DNA from: Sphagnum compactum
Lineage: Eukaryota
Length of the DNA stretch: 64,000 nucleotides
Assembly (NCBI GenBank): GCA_965153455.1
Contig: OZ234494.1
Span: forward strand, 8,308,001 to 8,372,000
Direction: 5' to 3'
Shown: piece by piece, positions 13,165 through 25,963 of the stretch
How the letters are laid out: each line of letters begins with the position of its first letter
Numbering within the stretch: the first letter of the stretch is position 1
Position numbers and translations under genes: made by a program
The notes under the pieces: generated by a model
The model's input: the letters and a program-made list of their open reading frames with translations, nothing else
Database searches by the model: none
What the model was told of the DNA's origin: nothing

Positions 13165-13645
13165 TATTATGTTTCCATATGATTATTAATAATTTATCAT
13201 TATTTATGTCAATCTCAAAATTAATTTTAATTAATATAAATATCATGAACATTAAAAAAAAAATCGTTAATTTGTCTTTTCATACTCATGTTGGTGGGTG
13301 GGTAAGCAAGGGGTGAAATAGTCATAAGGATAAGAGATAGTTATTAAGAAATGAGTAAAATAGTTATTAAAAAAAAAAAGACAATTACTAGGAACCAAGG
13401 TAGTTAAGATTGGAAATAAGGTAATTATATTTGAAAATGTTTCTGAATTGTCTAGGGATAGTCATATGAAAGATTATACAAAATCAATAAAGAGTCTACG
13501 GAAAATAACTTGGGCTCCTCAGACTACTAATGACACTACTAATGACAACTTTCTTTCTTATTATGTTTTCATATGATTATCAACAATTCACCATTATTTA
13601 TGTCAATGTCAAATTTAATTTTAATTAATATAAATATCATGGTGT
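13165..13645. repeat. Two copies of an ~80-bp dispersed repeat segment (13165-13250 and 13560-13642)
   Basis: TATGTTT-CATATGATTAT...TATGTCAAT-TCAAA-TTAATTTTAATTAATATAAATATCATG occurs twice; related reverse-complement sequence at ~53010-53060. Confidence 0.7.
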
Positions 13646-16600
13646 TTAAGTTCATCATAACTTGTTGACAAGTTAAACTTAAACTCTTGTAAACCACAAG
13701 GTGAAGGAGGAGGCTTCTTACACCTACATCCTTCGGAGTTGAGAAATAAATGCCACTCTCAGAAAGTATGCATTAGGTAGATCTCTTCTCATTTCTAAGA
13801 GGGATATTCATGAATATAAGGTGCCATCCAACTACACTAAGAAATTTCTGTGAGTGCTTGATAAAGTGCAAGGGGGAGGGCATTGTTTGAAATAAGGGCT
13901 CACACGAAGTGGTAGCTGAGCACTGCCCAACATCGGTAATGTCCTTGCTTGTGGCTTTACCCAGTGTTGAGATCAATCTTGCATTTTTAAATTTCTTTTC
14001 CTGTGATACCCAGTAGGGTTTAGGTACCCTAGGTACCCAGGAAAAAAATGACACTAAGCTTTACCAAAACAGAATGCCCACAAGACTGGAACTTTTCAGT
14101 TTTCAAAAGCCCAAAGAGATTTTATGCCGCGCAAGGCACTCTGTAGATACACTAGAGAAATCAGAGGAGGTCTTTAGGTATTTGAGAACAATGGGTTTCC
14201 TTTGAACTTGCCTGTTGCCAAATAGTCAAGAGATCACCATGCCTTCATCATGTTCAATAGGTATTTATGTGCATAAGTATTGAGTCAAACTTGAAAGGGA
14301 ATTGAGGGTTTAGGTTACCTCATGGTAAAGGCCATGGATATTTCAGATCTGATCACATAAGAGCGACCCATCTTCATGGATCATGAAAAACAAGAAACCC
14401 AACTCAAGAGAATAAATAAATAAAATTTGGGAAGTGGTTTTGTAATTTGACATAGCTAGACTATTACCTATGTAATTATTTAACGGTTAGGTTAGGCGGT
14501 TTACTTATTAATAAATTTTCATAATTTAATTATGATTTGGTCATAGTGCTTGACTTTCACATGATAATTCATATGAAAGTTTTTTGGCACATTACGGTGC
14601 ATTGACTTTCACATGACAATTTATGTGGAAAGTTTTTGGCACATTAAGGTGTATTGACTCACACATAATAATTTATATGAAAAGTCTTTATCACTTTATT
14701 ACACATGTGAAATCGCATTGGGAACCATGTGATGTGTAGACTTTAGGAATTTTTTTGTTTAGTTTTTTTTTGGTTAATATATAAATGGGTGTTTGTGACT
14801 TGTGGAAACATTTTCACTTAATAAAAATAAGTTGTTGTATGATATATAAAACTTCATGGAATAGAATTGTGAAGGGAATTGAGATTTTAGTTTTGAAAGG
14901 TTTTGATATAATTTATATGAAATCCATGGTAGGAGAATGGTGTGGCATACTAATTATACATAGACAATAGAAAGGTGAAAAAACATTTATACAAACGTAT
15001 ATTTTCATAGTTATATAATAAACATACATGTTTCGGTCCTAAACCCGCTTATGATTTATAGTTTGATCTTTGAACAATATAGTTTTCCCAAAAGTCATCT
15101 TGTTTTCACCTTAACTTTGGGCCTCCTTTCACCACCTATCCCTTTTTTGAGTGAGGGTCTGTAAAGTAATGAAATTTTATTAAATCTAGGTATTTAATGC
15201 ACAAGGTTCGAAAGTAATTATAGTAATTGAAATTACATGTAGTAGCAGTGAAGGCGTTCCAAAAAAAGGAAAGAGGGGGTCAAAATAGGATGAAACTCAG
15301 TTCACCACAATAATAAATGGTGTTTTTAAGCTTCAGCCATAAATAGTCGGTTGTATAGGGTAGGTTTAAGACTAATTCTATGGTTTTTTAGTACTATTAG
15401 TCAAAGGTCCCAACTTAGAACCAATTCTTTCATTTTTTGAAAATCACTAGTAAAGGGTTCATACACCCAACCCATATCAACTAGTTCTTTATTAGGGCCA
15501 CAGTGAATCAGCACCCACCAGTGCACCATCCAATGGATGCCAATTATTACTCAGTTGTGGATGAACTTCAACTGAATTAATATTTGGTTTCACCTAGGTA
15601 ACCAATTTTGTAAGAAATAAGTCTTCATATATATAGGTAGAAAAATAGGTAACTATTAGGTAAGTGAATGTTAATATAATAATTATATATAGTAAATAAT
15701 TTAATATATTTGTATGAGTAGGGTGTGAAACATACTATTCTCGAATCTTCAAGTTGGCATTAACCACCCAATTTCTTATTAAATTGTAGTGTAATTTGGT
15801 GTAAGTTTTATGATGATGAATGATCATGGTCTCTGTTTGGTGGGGGTGTGCCCCAAGAAGGGGTAAAAATAAGACAACCTCAAAAGAGAACAAGTGTTGT
15901 GTTTGGATTTCTTATATCAACATGCAAACCTCTCCTTTAACTAAAATATGAAAACCCAAGTCTAAAAAAAAGGAAATCAAGGTAATTGTTTCATATTAGG
16001 TCAGTTGACTTACATGAAATATTTATATCATGAAGATTCTAAAAACTGGCAATGTATTAGAATTTTACTTGGAAAAAAAAACTAATGTTGCATTACTATT
16101 TTTTTTCCATTTGATGTTTTAAAAGGTGTTTTGCCTTGTTTTTGGACAACAACAAAATATAGTAATTTGTACACGTTAATTGTGATCAGATTCAAGGTGT
16201 TTCACAATTAACTTTTGTACATAGTTGGTCATAGTCAATTTTTGGTGGGCAACAAGTAGATTATGTAGTTTTTGTAAGTTTTGTTACTAAGTTTCAGCGT
16301 TTGTATTTTTTTTGAAATTTATGGTTAAACTTGTTCATGGCCCCAACAAGAAAATAGCACAACACCGATGTTTATTGTGGGGGTAATTGATGTGCAATAA
16401 AGATGTTTGGTGTTATATTTGAATGGTCTATAGTGAACATGTATGAAAATTATGATGTGGTTGGCAATGGCTTTTTAAAATATATACATTATGATCTCAC
16501 ATATGCATCAAGGTATCTTACAATAGCTTTGATAGTTGGTTCAACTTTTGTCACTATTTTTTTTCCATGACTCAATGTTGGGTGATACATACTTATTGCA

Positions 16601-19529
16601 AATTTTAATGTTACCTTTCAAAATAAGTTTGAAAAATGTGATGTGTTGAGATTTGGGTCAACATCAGCAATAAAACCAACTGATCCATTTCCAGTTAGCT
16701 TGCATTTTGTTGTCATTCATACCATTTAAACTTTCATCTAGGGGTAAGATTTGGAAGAATTCAAAATCCTAAAAATGGTTGTCATAAGGATATATGACAG
16801 ATGTATAAAAACCTTTATTTTGGTTGTATAAACAAGTTAAGAGCTAATGATACATAGACATTATCTTTTTACCCTAAGTTTTACACGCAGTATGTGCAAT
16901 TGGTAAACACATATAGTAATGGCATGCATGTTACACTTTTGGTCAAAAATATCAAAAGTGCAATTTTTGGGGAACAACAACTTGTTACAAATTTTTCAAG
17001 TGTGTTTGTAATCCCTACTTTTGAGCATGCAATTGTTGATAGATAGTCTTAGCAAAATGCATATTAAAAAAACTAAAGGATAAGTCTTTGCCATAAATTT
17101 TGAGTTATTGTACGTATGCATTTTTTTAATTCATTTTTTAGTTTGCTTATAGAATCAGTATTTAGGGCTCACATTTTTGGGCTGTAGGTTGTCGAGAAGT
17201 TGATGATTGTTATTCAACAGTTTTCTTTCAAAAACATATGCACAAAACACCATTTGTTTTCTCTAACCAATCGAGATGGTGGTTTGTACTGCTATGGTTG
17301 TAAGTGCATGTCCATCCTAAAATTCAAGCTTAGATTTCATGCAAAATAAAATAAAACAGTGGTGACAAATATGATTGCATGTTATGTGATCCTTAGATAA
17401 AATCTTTCTTGGGACACAAAATTGTTAGTCTTGAAAATTTTAGACCAAATAGGGGTTTTTTTTTTGTCTTTTCAAGAACAAGAAACTTGAAGGTTGTTTC
17501 ATTTTAAGTTCTACCACAAAAGTTGTGGGCTAGTCAACTTTAAAAACAAATTAGAAGATGAAAAAACTAGAAGAACAAATATTGTTGGTATGTGTATTAG
17601 TGTTTTGGCTTGAAGTTTTGAAGACATTGTTATACATAGTTATGCAACAATTTTGAATCTTGGGTTTTTGGTGCGTGTTTTTAGGACAAATTTTCAACAT
17701 ACAATTTATTCCAATTTTGGATTACAATATGTACATAACATTTCTACACATCTTATAAATGAAAACAATTTGGTCTTGTGGATTATTATGTTGACTTTTG
17801 ATATTGGAAAATTTACATATTGATTATTTGGAGTTTTTTTTTTGGGCTATGGAAATGCACTTGAATAATGGGGATTTTTTTCCTAGGCAAAGGTGAATGG
17901 ATAGGTTTATTGGGTTTTAATTTTTCAAGTGATCACAATTACAAGTTATATTTAGTTTTTATATTTCAGCCAAAACACATAGCATCTCAATGAAAAAAGA
18001 GCTATAAATAGTGAATTTTTAAAATAAAAATATTGAATAAAAAGTATACATTTTAGATACATTATAAAAAAACAACTAAAGGAATTGCAAATTATATATA
18101 TATATATAATTCAGTAATATAAACTTGTTTGAAACTAAACCCCAAATAAACTAGTTTCATTATAATGGATGGATATTGACAAAGAATAAGATAAAATCGA
18201 ATTGCAAAGAATTACCAACTTCCATTATGGTGTTGGTGAATTATTTTTGATGCAATAACATATTTGTTAAAATATTCAATAAATTTAAAAATGATTCGCA
18301 AAAATAGTATGGTTCATTTATAATAATGTTTAATCTTAGGACACTAAAAACATTAAAATGTCATACATGTGAATTAAGTTATGAATTTCTACATGATTTA
18401 CATCATGGACAAAAAAACGAAAAATGGAAAGAAAATATCAAATGGAATCCACAAGAAATTGCATTAATATTCATCCATCGATATCCACATTTGGGTTTAT
18501 CCACGTCATGCCAAATCAAATGACATTTAAAACATCTTGATGCCCAAAACCAAAATAACACCAATAAAATCCATATTTTTTCAAAAGAAAATGAAATAAT
18601 TGCTTTCAACATACTGCAAAATTGTCAAAATTGCTTATTGAAAAATAGGGAAAATAATCAAACAATTATTCACAAAACAAATCTTCAAATGTTCCATTAT
18701 TAGTACTAACCAATATTGATTAATTTTCCATTGACCATAATATTTTAAATAGTTAGGTGTTGAATGATAAACATAAAAATTTCCAAACACAAATTGGATT
18801 AGAAATTGATTTGAAAAATGACCATAGTTCATGGAAAAATGCATATTTAAATGAAAAAATAACATTGAAAAACTAAAAAAAATTAGGTGTACAATTTCAA
18901 TCCTACTAACAAATATAATGATGAATGTGATAAATTACAAGCAAAATTACAAAAATACACAAAAATTCATGAAATTGATGGATAGGAAAACCTTCCTCAT
19001 GATGACACAATCATTTTTGCAAATGATGCACACATAAGACATTATATACTAATGTTAATAAAATTGAATAATACAATTTAGCATATGAAAACAATTCAAC
19101 TACCAAAACCCATAAAAAAATTTAAACATTAATTTGTAGTGAATTTGAACAAATAGACAAACACATATCATATGAACAATTTTCTTGAAACATGAAAAAC
19201 TAAATAAAACATGTATTTAGTTAGTTTTGGATTAAATTGTCCATTATGGACTTTTTTTAACCTAGTGGTTGGGATCAAGTTTGAGACAAAACATCATTAA
19301 CATTTGTTTGTTAGATCATTTAGTGAGGCAAAACATTATTAATATTTGTTGTTGCATCATTTGGTGGCCCCCAAGTCAAAGTTTCTCTTTAATTTTCCAA
19401 CCTCCAAAAGGTCAATTATTAATTTTGAACTTTTCAAAAGTCCATAACTAACTAAATACATGATATAATGAACAAATGATCATTGTAAATGATATTTTAT
19501 ACAAAACAAACACCCATCAAAACCTCTAC

Positions 19530-20240
19530 ATCTTTTTTTAACAAGAAGTGTAGGCATAACTAGGGAAAACATTCATGCTCATGTGTATCATGCAAAACAT
19601 GTTACAATATAAGACAAAGGTCAAATGTTGATATTTAAAACCCAAAAATTTGAAATTGGCATACACAAAGAAAGTTGCATTCAACATTAATGGTACAATA
19701 ATACATTATGCACTTGCCATTCCATTAAACAAAATTTGCAATGAATTCAAAGCAATAAATGATGAAAACATGACACTTTAATTAGAACCTATGATCAATT
19801 ACAAATGTTAATAATATATGACATATCTTTAGTAGGTAATAAAATGTTATCATTTATTGACCATAAATTATGTGATATAAAACAAGCACACAACAAATTA
19901 TAGGTGGTCATGATGTTATAATGACATGTGATTCATACCAAGTTTCATCAATTTAAGATTCATGGATTTTCAAATTAAAAATTGATGGACTCAATATCCT
20001 TGGAACAACTTTTTTGCAACACAACATAAAATGTTATGAATTAAAACAAGTCATGTGCCAAAATGATTTCAAATTCATTAATATTTTAAATAGGTTTCGA
20101 ATAACATCACATATTTCCAAAGATATTCATTTTATTAAATTAAGCAAAAATTCTAGATTTAATTCACATTGATGACACTCCAATGTTTGAGGTGTACCAA
20201 TTGTTAGACATTTTTGTAAATAACACATGTTATTTTTTCG
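19530..20240 (+). pseudogene. Degenerate PIF1-family helicase (Helitron/Helentron-like rolling-circle TE relic)
   Basis: Ordered motif remnants across frameshifts: Walker A-like GKTF (~19563), AYTKKVAFNINGTIIHYALAIPL, LIIYDISLVGNKMLSFIDHKL, GGHDVIMTCDSYQ, YELKQVMCQNDFKFINILNRFR. Confidence 0.72.
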
Positions 20241-21524
20241 GATTGATTCTGAACTTATTGAATAAATTATAAATATGTTATTGAATCAAATAAACAATCT
20301 TCTACTTTGTATTCAAAATTTTGAACTTGTTGCAAACCATGTTTGGCTAATTCAATATCTATGCTCATTATGTGTTATTTCCAAATTTCAAATTGATTAT
20401 CTTTAACTTTGAATTTTGAAATTTATGTGAAATTTATCTTTGCAAATTGATATAAAACCAAATGAGAATTGAAATCAATCTAAATTTTCTGTAAAAAAAA
20501 TCAATTAAAAGTTGACCTAATTTTGCTTTAAATATTTTACTCCACCTAATTTTTTCAATTAAAAATAATTTTTGAGATAAATTAAATAAATCTAGTTCAA
20601 AATATTAAAATCTTCACTTGAATTTTAAGAACTTTTTATTTTTATTTTATATATTTCAAATCAATTTCAAACTTTAATTGCAAAATATATTTTATAAATA
20701 TTTTATTTTATTTTATTTTATTTTCGGTTCTTGTAATTAGAATATTTATTTATTTATTTTTATATAGATTTTTTTTTCCAATTTTAGCTCAATTCTTCTT
20801 TTTAATGTTACGTAAACAATTCAAATATTATCTTTAAAAGTTTAATTCTATAGATTATTTGTTTATCAACTTTTTTGAATTTTTATAATATTTTGATATT
20901 TAAAAATATTAATATTTTGAAATTTCACTATCAATGAGAGGGTTTGACTTTCAAATGAAGTTTTCCAAATTTTTCAAAATAAGGTTTTAAATCATCAAAT
21001 TACATATTCAATCAAAATTTCCACAAAAATTTATAGATTCAAACAAAGTTCCAACTTCAAAATAAGTTATAACTTTTAATATTTTAAAATTTTAAAATAT
21101 GAATATTTGAATATGAATTGTTTGAATTTTCTTTGTCAATGAAAGGGTTTGATTCGTATTTGATTAAATCACATAAACAAATCACAATAGACCCCCAATC
21201 AGTCCTGGCCAAAAAGCATGCCCATTATGCAAGTGCAAGAAAGAATTCAAATCAAATTCAAATCAAGTTGCAAGTTCTTCAAATAAGTTCTTGAATCCAA
21301 GCTCTAATTAAAACAAAACCAACTTCAAAACAAGTTATAATAAATACATATTCAAGTTTTAGTTGCAAGTTCAAGTTGTAAATTTTCAAAAAAAATAAAT
21401 TACGTACATACAAAATATGTACAATAAGTTCTTGTTCACAAAATGAACAATACGTCAAATTGTACAAGTGAAGTTTCAAAATGTGATCCTCTAACTAAAC
21501 TATATACACTACAACAACAGGGGG

Positions 21525-22110
21525 CTATTTTGCGATCCACTTATCATCGCAAACAACAAAGAAAGAAGTTTCCGAAAACCCGCATTTGCGAACCATAACT
21601 CCTCGCAAACTGTTAAGCCTTTGCGATACCATAACATTTGCACCCATACAATCGCAAGTCCTTCACAACTCCCGAACTTGATACAATCGCAAAACTTTTA
21701 CGATTATAACTGTTTCTATATACAGTTTGCGATTAACATTACATTGGAAACTATTTGCAACAAACCCATCGCCGCAACGACTTAGCGAATCGATTCAAAA
21801 GTCTATCGGTTTCCGAAATAAGATCTATCGCAAACCCTTAGCGGCATTTTGAGAATCCCAACAAGTTTGCGTTAGATCTTATATCGGAAACCGATAGGCT
21901 TTTAAGATCTCACGCAAACGTTTTGGGATTCTCAGAATGCCGCTAAAAGTTTGCGAAATCTATGATTTCGCAAATGTGTTCTGGAATGATTTTACCCCCA
22001 AGAGTGTAGCGATGTCTGTGACATGGTATTATTGGTCTTTTGGCTTTTGCAGTGTTGCGAAGAATTATGACTCGCAAATTGTTTTGAGATGCACTGTGTA
22101 TCGCAAGAGC
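21525..22110. repeat. Left subterminal repeat array (TTGCGA/TCGCAA in both orientations)
   Basis: About 14 copies counted by eye, plus TTTCCGA-type variants. Confidence 0.85.
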
Positions 22111-22246
22111 ATGGCACTGTATTCTTATTTTGGAAGCAGGGTTTATTTGGGTCACTTTGGGCCGCAAAAAAAAAATCTATATCAAAATTTCAAAATTTAC
22201 AATGTAAAAGGGTTTGCAACCCTTGGGTATCTAACACACTAGCTGT

Positions 22247-24037
22247 CTATCTAGACTTCCTTCCCCTCTTGGATTTCTTCCTTGAATCTTTCTTCCTAGT
22301 GTTCTCTGGTGGAGGGGGAGGCTGCTCATCCTCCTCCCTCTCTTCATCGTCCCCCTGCCCCTCCTCCTCCTCCTCCTCCTCCCTATTCTCTTTATCTTTG
22401 CCCCTTGCAGAACCTTCATTTCCACTAGCAAATGAATTGGGTCCACTGCTAGTGGTAGCACTGGGAGCAGTGCTACCTGCTCTCTCCTCCTCATCTCTCT
22501 CCTCCTCATCACTGCTGCCCTCGGAGCTCTCACTCTCACCCTCAGATGCCTGCATTTCAACATGCAAAGCTTAGTCAACACCATAAATGAAAATCTTGAT
22601 TCAAATGAAAACAATTTCAACACAAACAGAAATTGAATCCCAACCAAACCCACTCACCAATAGTGCATCAACATGTTGAAAAAGATGCTCCTTGCCATGC
22701 TCCTGGCCCATATTCATTTCTGCAGCTGTGATCTTCCTCTTGTACCTCTTGTACTGTCCCCATAATACAACAGGTAAAAAAAACGCATAAAGAATCTATT
22801 CAAGTCTCCGACCACTTTTGCGAAGCGCAGACCTTCGCATACTAACACTTGCGAAGCAGCTGGCGAAACAAATCGCATCGTATCTACTATCGCAACCCAA
22901 AAGGCCAAAACTCCATATACCTGTCTTTGCGATGCAATTCGCATCGCAAAGGTATCGCAAACAGTCCAGTTTGACTTGACTAAAACTCACAAGCATGTGA
23001 GTCTTTGCAGGAAAGAAATGGAGGAGAGGGTTTAGGGTACTTACAAATGCTGCTTTGAGGCCAGGAATGCCACCTTGCCCTAGCCTGTGGATGGTGTTTG
23101 GAACCATTTTCACTCGCTCTGCTGCCTTGAGGAACTTCAATGGTGGATCACCAACCTCGTCCACCACTGATTGGCATTCAGCAAGCTTCAGCTCCAGTGC
23201 CTTCAGGTCACGGTCAGACCTCCCAAACTCTCTTGCCTTCTTGGCCTTGGCTAGCTGCTCTGTGATCTCCTTCAGCTGCCTTACTGCTTTCAGCTGCACC
23301 TCAGACTGGTAGAAGGCATTCCAGATGTCTTCTGAGAACTGAAGTGGCCTCTCCAAGTTCCTGTACACATTCAGGTCTCTCAGGTGAGCACGAATCTTCA
23401 TCCTGTCATGGTATCTTGCTTGAGACATTGAATTGGAGATCTTGTTTGCAATCCACTGTGAATCAAGCTCTCCTCCATTTCGAAATGCTCCCTTGACCTG
23501 ATTTATCACTCTCTTCTGCTCTGCCTTTGAAAGAGTGCCCCACTCAACTCCTCGTGCAAAGTTGGTGGAGACAATGTGCCTAATGGTGCTCTTGGCCCCA
23601 GTGTATGCCAGCTCGGTTGGAATTCCCTCCTCTGCCAATGTTATCAGAGGGAGCTTCTTCCTCTCCTCCTCCTTCTTCTTCAGGTCGAGCTTCTCCTTTC
23701 TGATGGCATCCCTCTCATCCTTCCTCCTTTTCTTCTCGAGAGTTTTAGGTGAGAGAGCTCCTGTAGTTGCTCTCTCATCTCTCTTTCTCTTCTTATCTGC
23801 TGCCTTGGCTTCTGCAGCCTTCCTTGCCTCCTCATCTCTTTGTGCTTCCCCAGCAGTCAGCCCTGCTTGTAGTGCTTGACCTAAAATGGCTGTCAAGGAT
23901 GCCAACCCTTCAGGTGTCCTAGTATCGATTACAGAGAGTTCTGAAGCTCTCAAGTGATCAGCAATCATCTTCCTCAACCTTTCCTCATTGTTGTCACCTC
24001 CTCCAGACCCAGAACCCCCTCCACCAGTCCCAGCCAT
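22247..24037 (-). CDS. TnpA-like accessory protein of the CACTA element (~463 aa, intact); exons 24037-23045, 22753-22658, 22549-22247
   Basis: Phase-0 GT-AG introns give an uninterrupted frame; WGTLSKAEQK..., P.QFSEDIW and HRLGQGG loosely resemble the Ptta/En/Spm Transposase_24 pattern; coiled coils, acidic tail, basic NLS-like end. Family call is an inference. Confidence 0.7.
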
Positions 24038-24670
24038 TGCAATCCGCTCTGCCCAAGCTTTCCTTCGACAATTCTCGAACAATGCCGAGAATGAATTCAA
24101 ATTCCGACGTCATTTCACTCTAGGACCCCAGAAAGATTTCACTACACCTTCAAGGGATTCCGTTTCACTACACCTTAGGCACTTTCGGCAATTCAGGGCT
24201 TGCGATGTAACCCGCATCGGAACTTGCGATACGGGTTTTATCGCAAAGGCCGTGCAATGCTGTTACTTTCGCAACGTTGGAGGGTTGCGAAGTCGGGGCC
24301 TTCGCTAATGTAAGAAGAAGTTTTAGGGTTTAGGGCTTTGGTGCGAAGACGGATGCGATGGTGGGGGGTTCGCAAGGGGTTCGCAAAGTTTTAATTTATT
24401 CTGGTTTTAACATTTCGTTGTTTTTTTTTGCATATGCCAAAGGGTTTTTACAGTATTGCCCCCTACTTCGAAATTGGTGTTGGGATTATTTAAGCAACCA
24501 GTCCTATAGGCATTGTTGAGCCCACATTGGATGCAGGTATGCATTTCTTTTTTGTTTAGGTTGTCTCAATTTATGAGTAGTCAAGGGTTTATATTGTTGT
24601 ATGACATGATTTTTGAAAGTCTAATCTGGTCTTTGCCTTACACTTGTGCCGTATTAATGTGACAGATGAT

Positions 24671-24901
24671 ATGTCTTCCTCCTCCGTTGTCTCCACTAGT
24701 GACTCATCCTCCTCAAATGAGGGCACATCAGCTCATACGCAGGCAGAGGTGTCTCATTCTCCTCGTGGTCCACCTCGGCAGCTTTGCCAATGCACCAAGT
24801 GTGTTGGTCAGATTTCACAAAGGTCATATGTTTGTGCTCAACACATTCAGTGATTTGGGCGTCATCGTGGTCTTACTCCAAGAGCTTCTTGATCTCATGT
24901 G
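24671..24901 (+). pseudogene. First coding exon of the transposase unit, with a zinc-binding transposase-associated-like domain (CxCxxC...H)
   Basis: MSSSS...LCQCTKC...VCAQHIQ*FGRH; two in-frame TGA (24851, 24890) consistent with CGA>TGA; phase-0 donor GTG|gtaagt. Confidence 0.7.
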
Positions 24902-25017
24902 GTAAGTGTCATTTACCATTGTCATTTTTTCCTCTTTGATACATGTTATTTTTCATGAAATCCTCTTTGAAACTATTTTCACTTCCATGGTTTGTTGTGG
25001 TTTTTTGAATGTAATAG

Positions 25018-25817
25018 GGTTCCCGTATGAAACCACCACCCTATGTTCTATCACAAGGGGTTTTAGTTGCCATAGGAAATGCACTTTCGCAGGCATTTGC
25101 TGTAGGGATTGGTACCTCTCATGAGGCCAATAAGCCACAGCATGAGGCAAGGCCACGTGTGCCCTCCGTTAGACAGCGATCCAAAGCACAACATCCAAGT
25201 GAGGGTAATGTTAGGACTATTGTTGAGGGCAGATGGGGTATGTGTGAGTTCATTGGCAAATGTGCCAATATTATCCAATCATGGAACCCTGCAGTTCTTG
25301 GGTTGCTTGATAGTTTGCCCTATGATGAGGAGGTTGTGGTTTGGGGTAGACGATGGATTGTTAACACCTCTACACTTGGAGAGAGGCATGGCTATGGAGT
25401 ATATGCTTGTGAGGACATCATTGTAGAGGATTCAGCTAGATGTTGTAGAGAGGGTCCTACTTTGTTCCCTTATGGTGGGCCTATCTATAAGAGAAGACAT
25501 TGGAACAGGATCCTCACACAACATCCTGAGTGGAAGACCTTTGCTCTTAAGATGGACACCTTTGCTGGTAGCACTAGGAGGCATAGTGATGTGAGGGTGA
25601 TAGATGGAGACCCCATACGTTCTGGAAACATTGCTGGTTTCATCAACAGTACAGTGGGGACTCATCCTAAGCGTAGGGCTAATTGTGAGTGGGTTTTTGT
25701 TGAGGGACCTCCTCCAGCACCATATGGCCAGACTTATCATGAAGACCATTGCCTGTTATAGCTACTAGGACCATCAGATCAGGAGATGAGTTGTTTACAC
25801 ACTATGAGTGGAGTTAG
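25018..25817 (+). pseudogene. SET-domain (lysine methyltransferase-like) exon inside the CACTA element, with a 1-bp frameshift near 25755
   Basis: STLGERHGYGVYACEDI, LFPYGG, VIDG...GNIAGFINS, ANCEW, then in the shifted frame VIATRTIRSGDELFTHYEWS* (TAG 25815-25817): the four SET motifs in order. Confidence 0.85.
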
Positions 25818-25963
25818 GATTCCACCATTTCTGAACTATGTACTTTGTTTAAGACATAACATACCATATCTATATACATGCATTTTGGCATTTTTTATTT
25901 ATAATGTAATATGCAACTATGTTTGGTATATAGTTAAGATCTTCTAGATTTGGTATTGCATAG

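Noticed and set aside
13700-17600. Short ORFs and mixed AT-rich sequence
   Set aside because: Probably old TE debris, but no supportable family or termini were found
17700-17945. Possible AP-endonuclease remnant (IDY.W and SDH-like)
   Set aside because: Motifs are too short and degenerate to distinguish from chance in AT-rich DNA
21525-22110. Repeat array superficially like a CRISPR or iteron array
   Set aside because: Eukaryotic context, 6-7 bp motif, irregular spacing and mixed orientation; explained as CACTA subterminal repeats
22796-24100. 434-aa single-exon ORF as listed in the track
   Set aside because: It starts at a non-ATG codon and reads through a GTAAGT donor into a motif-rich intron; the three-exon model from ATG 24037 fits better
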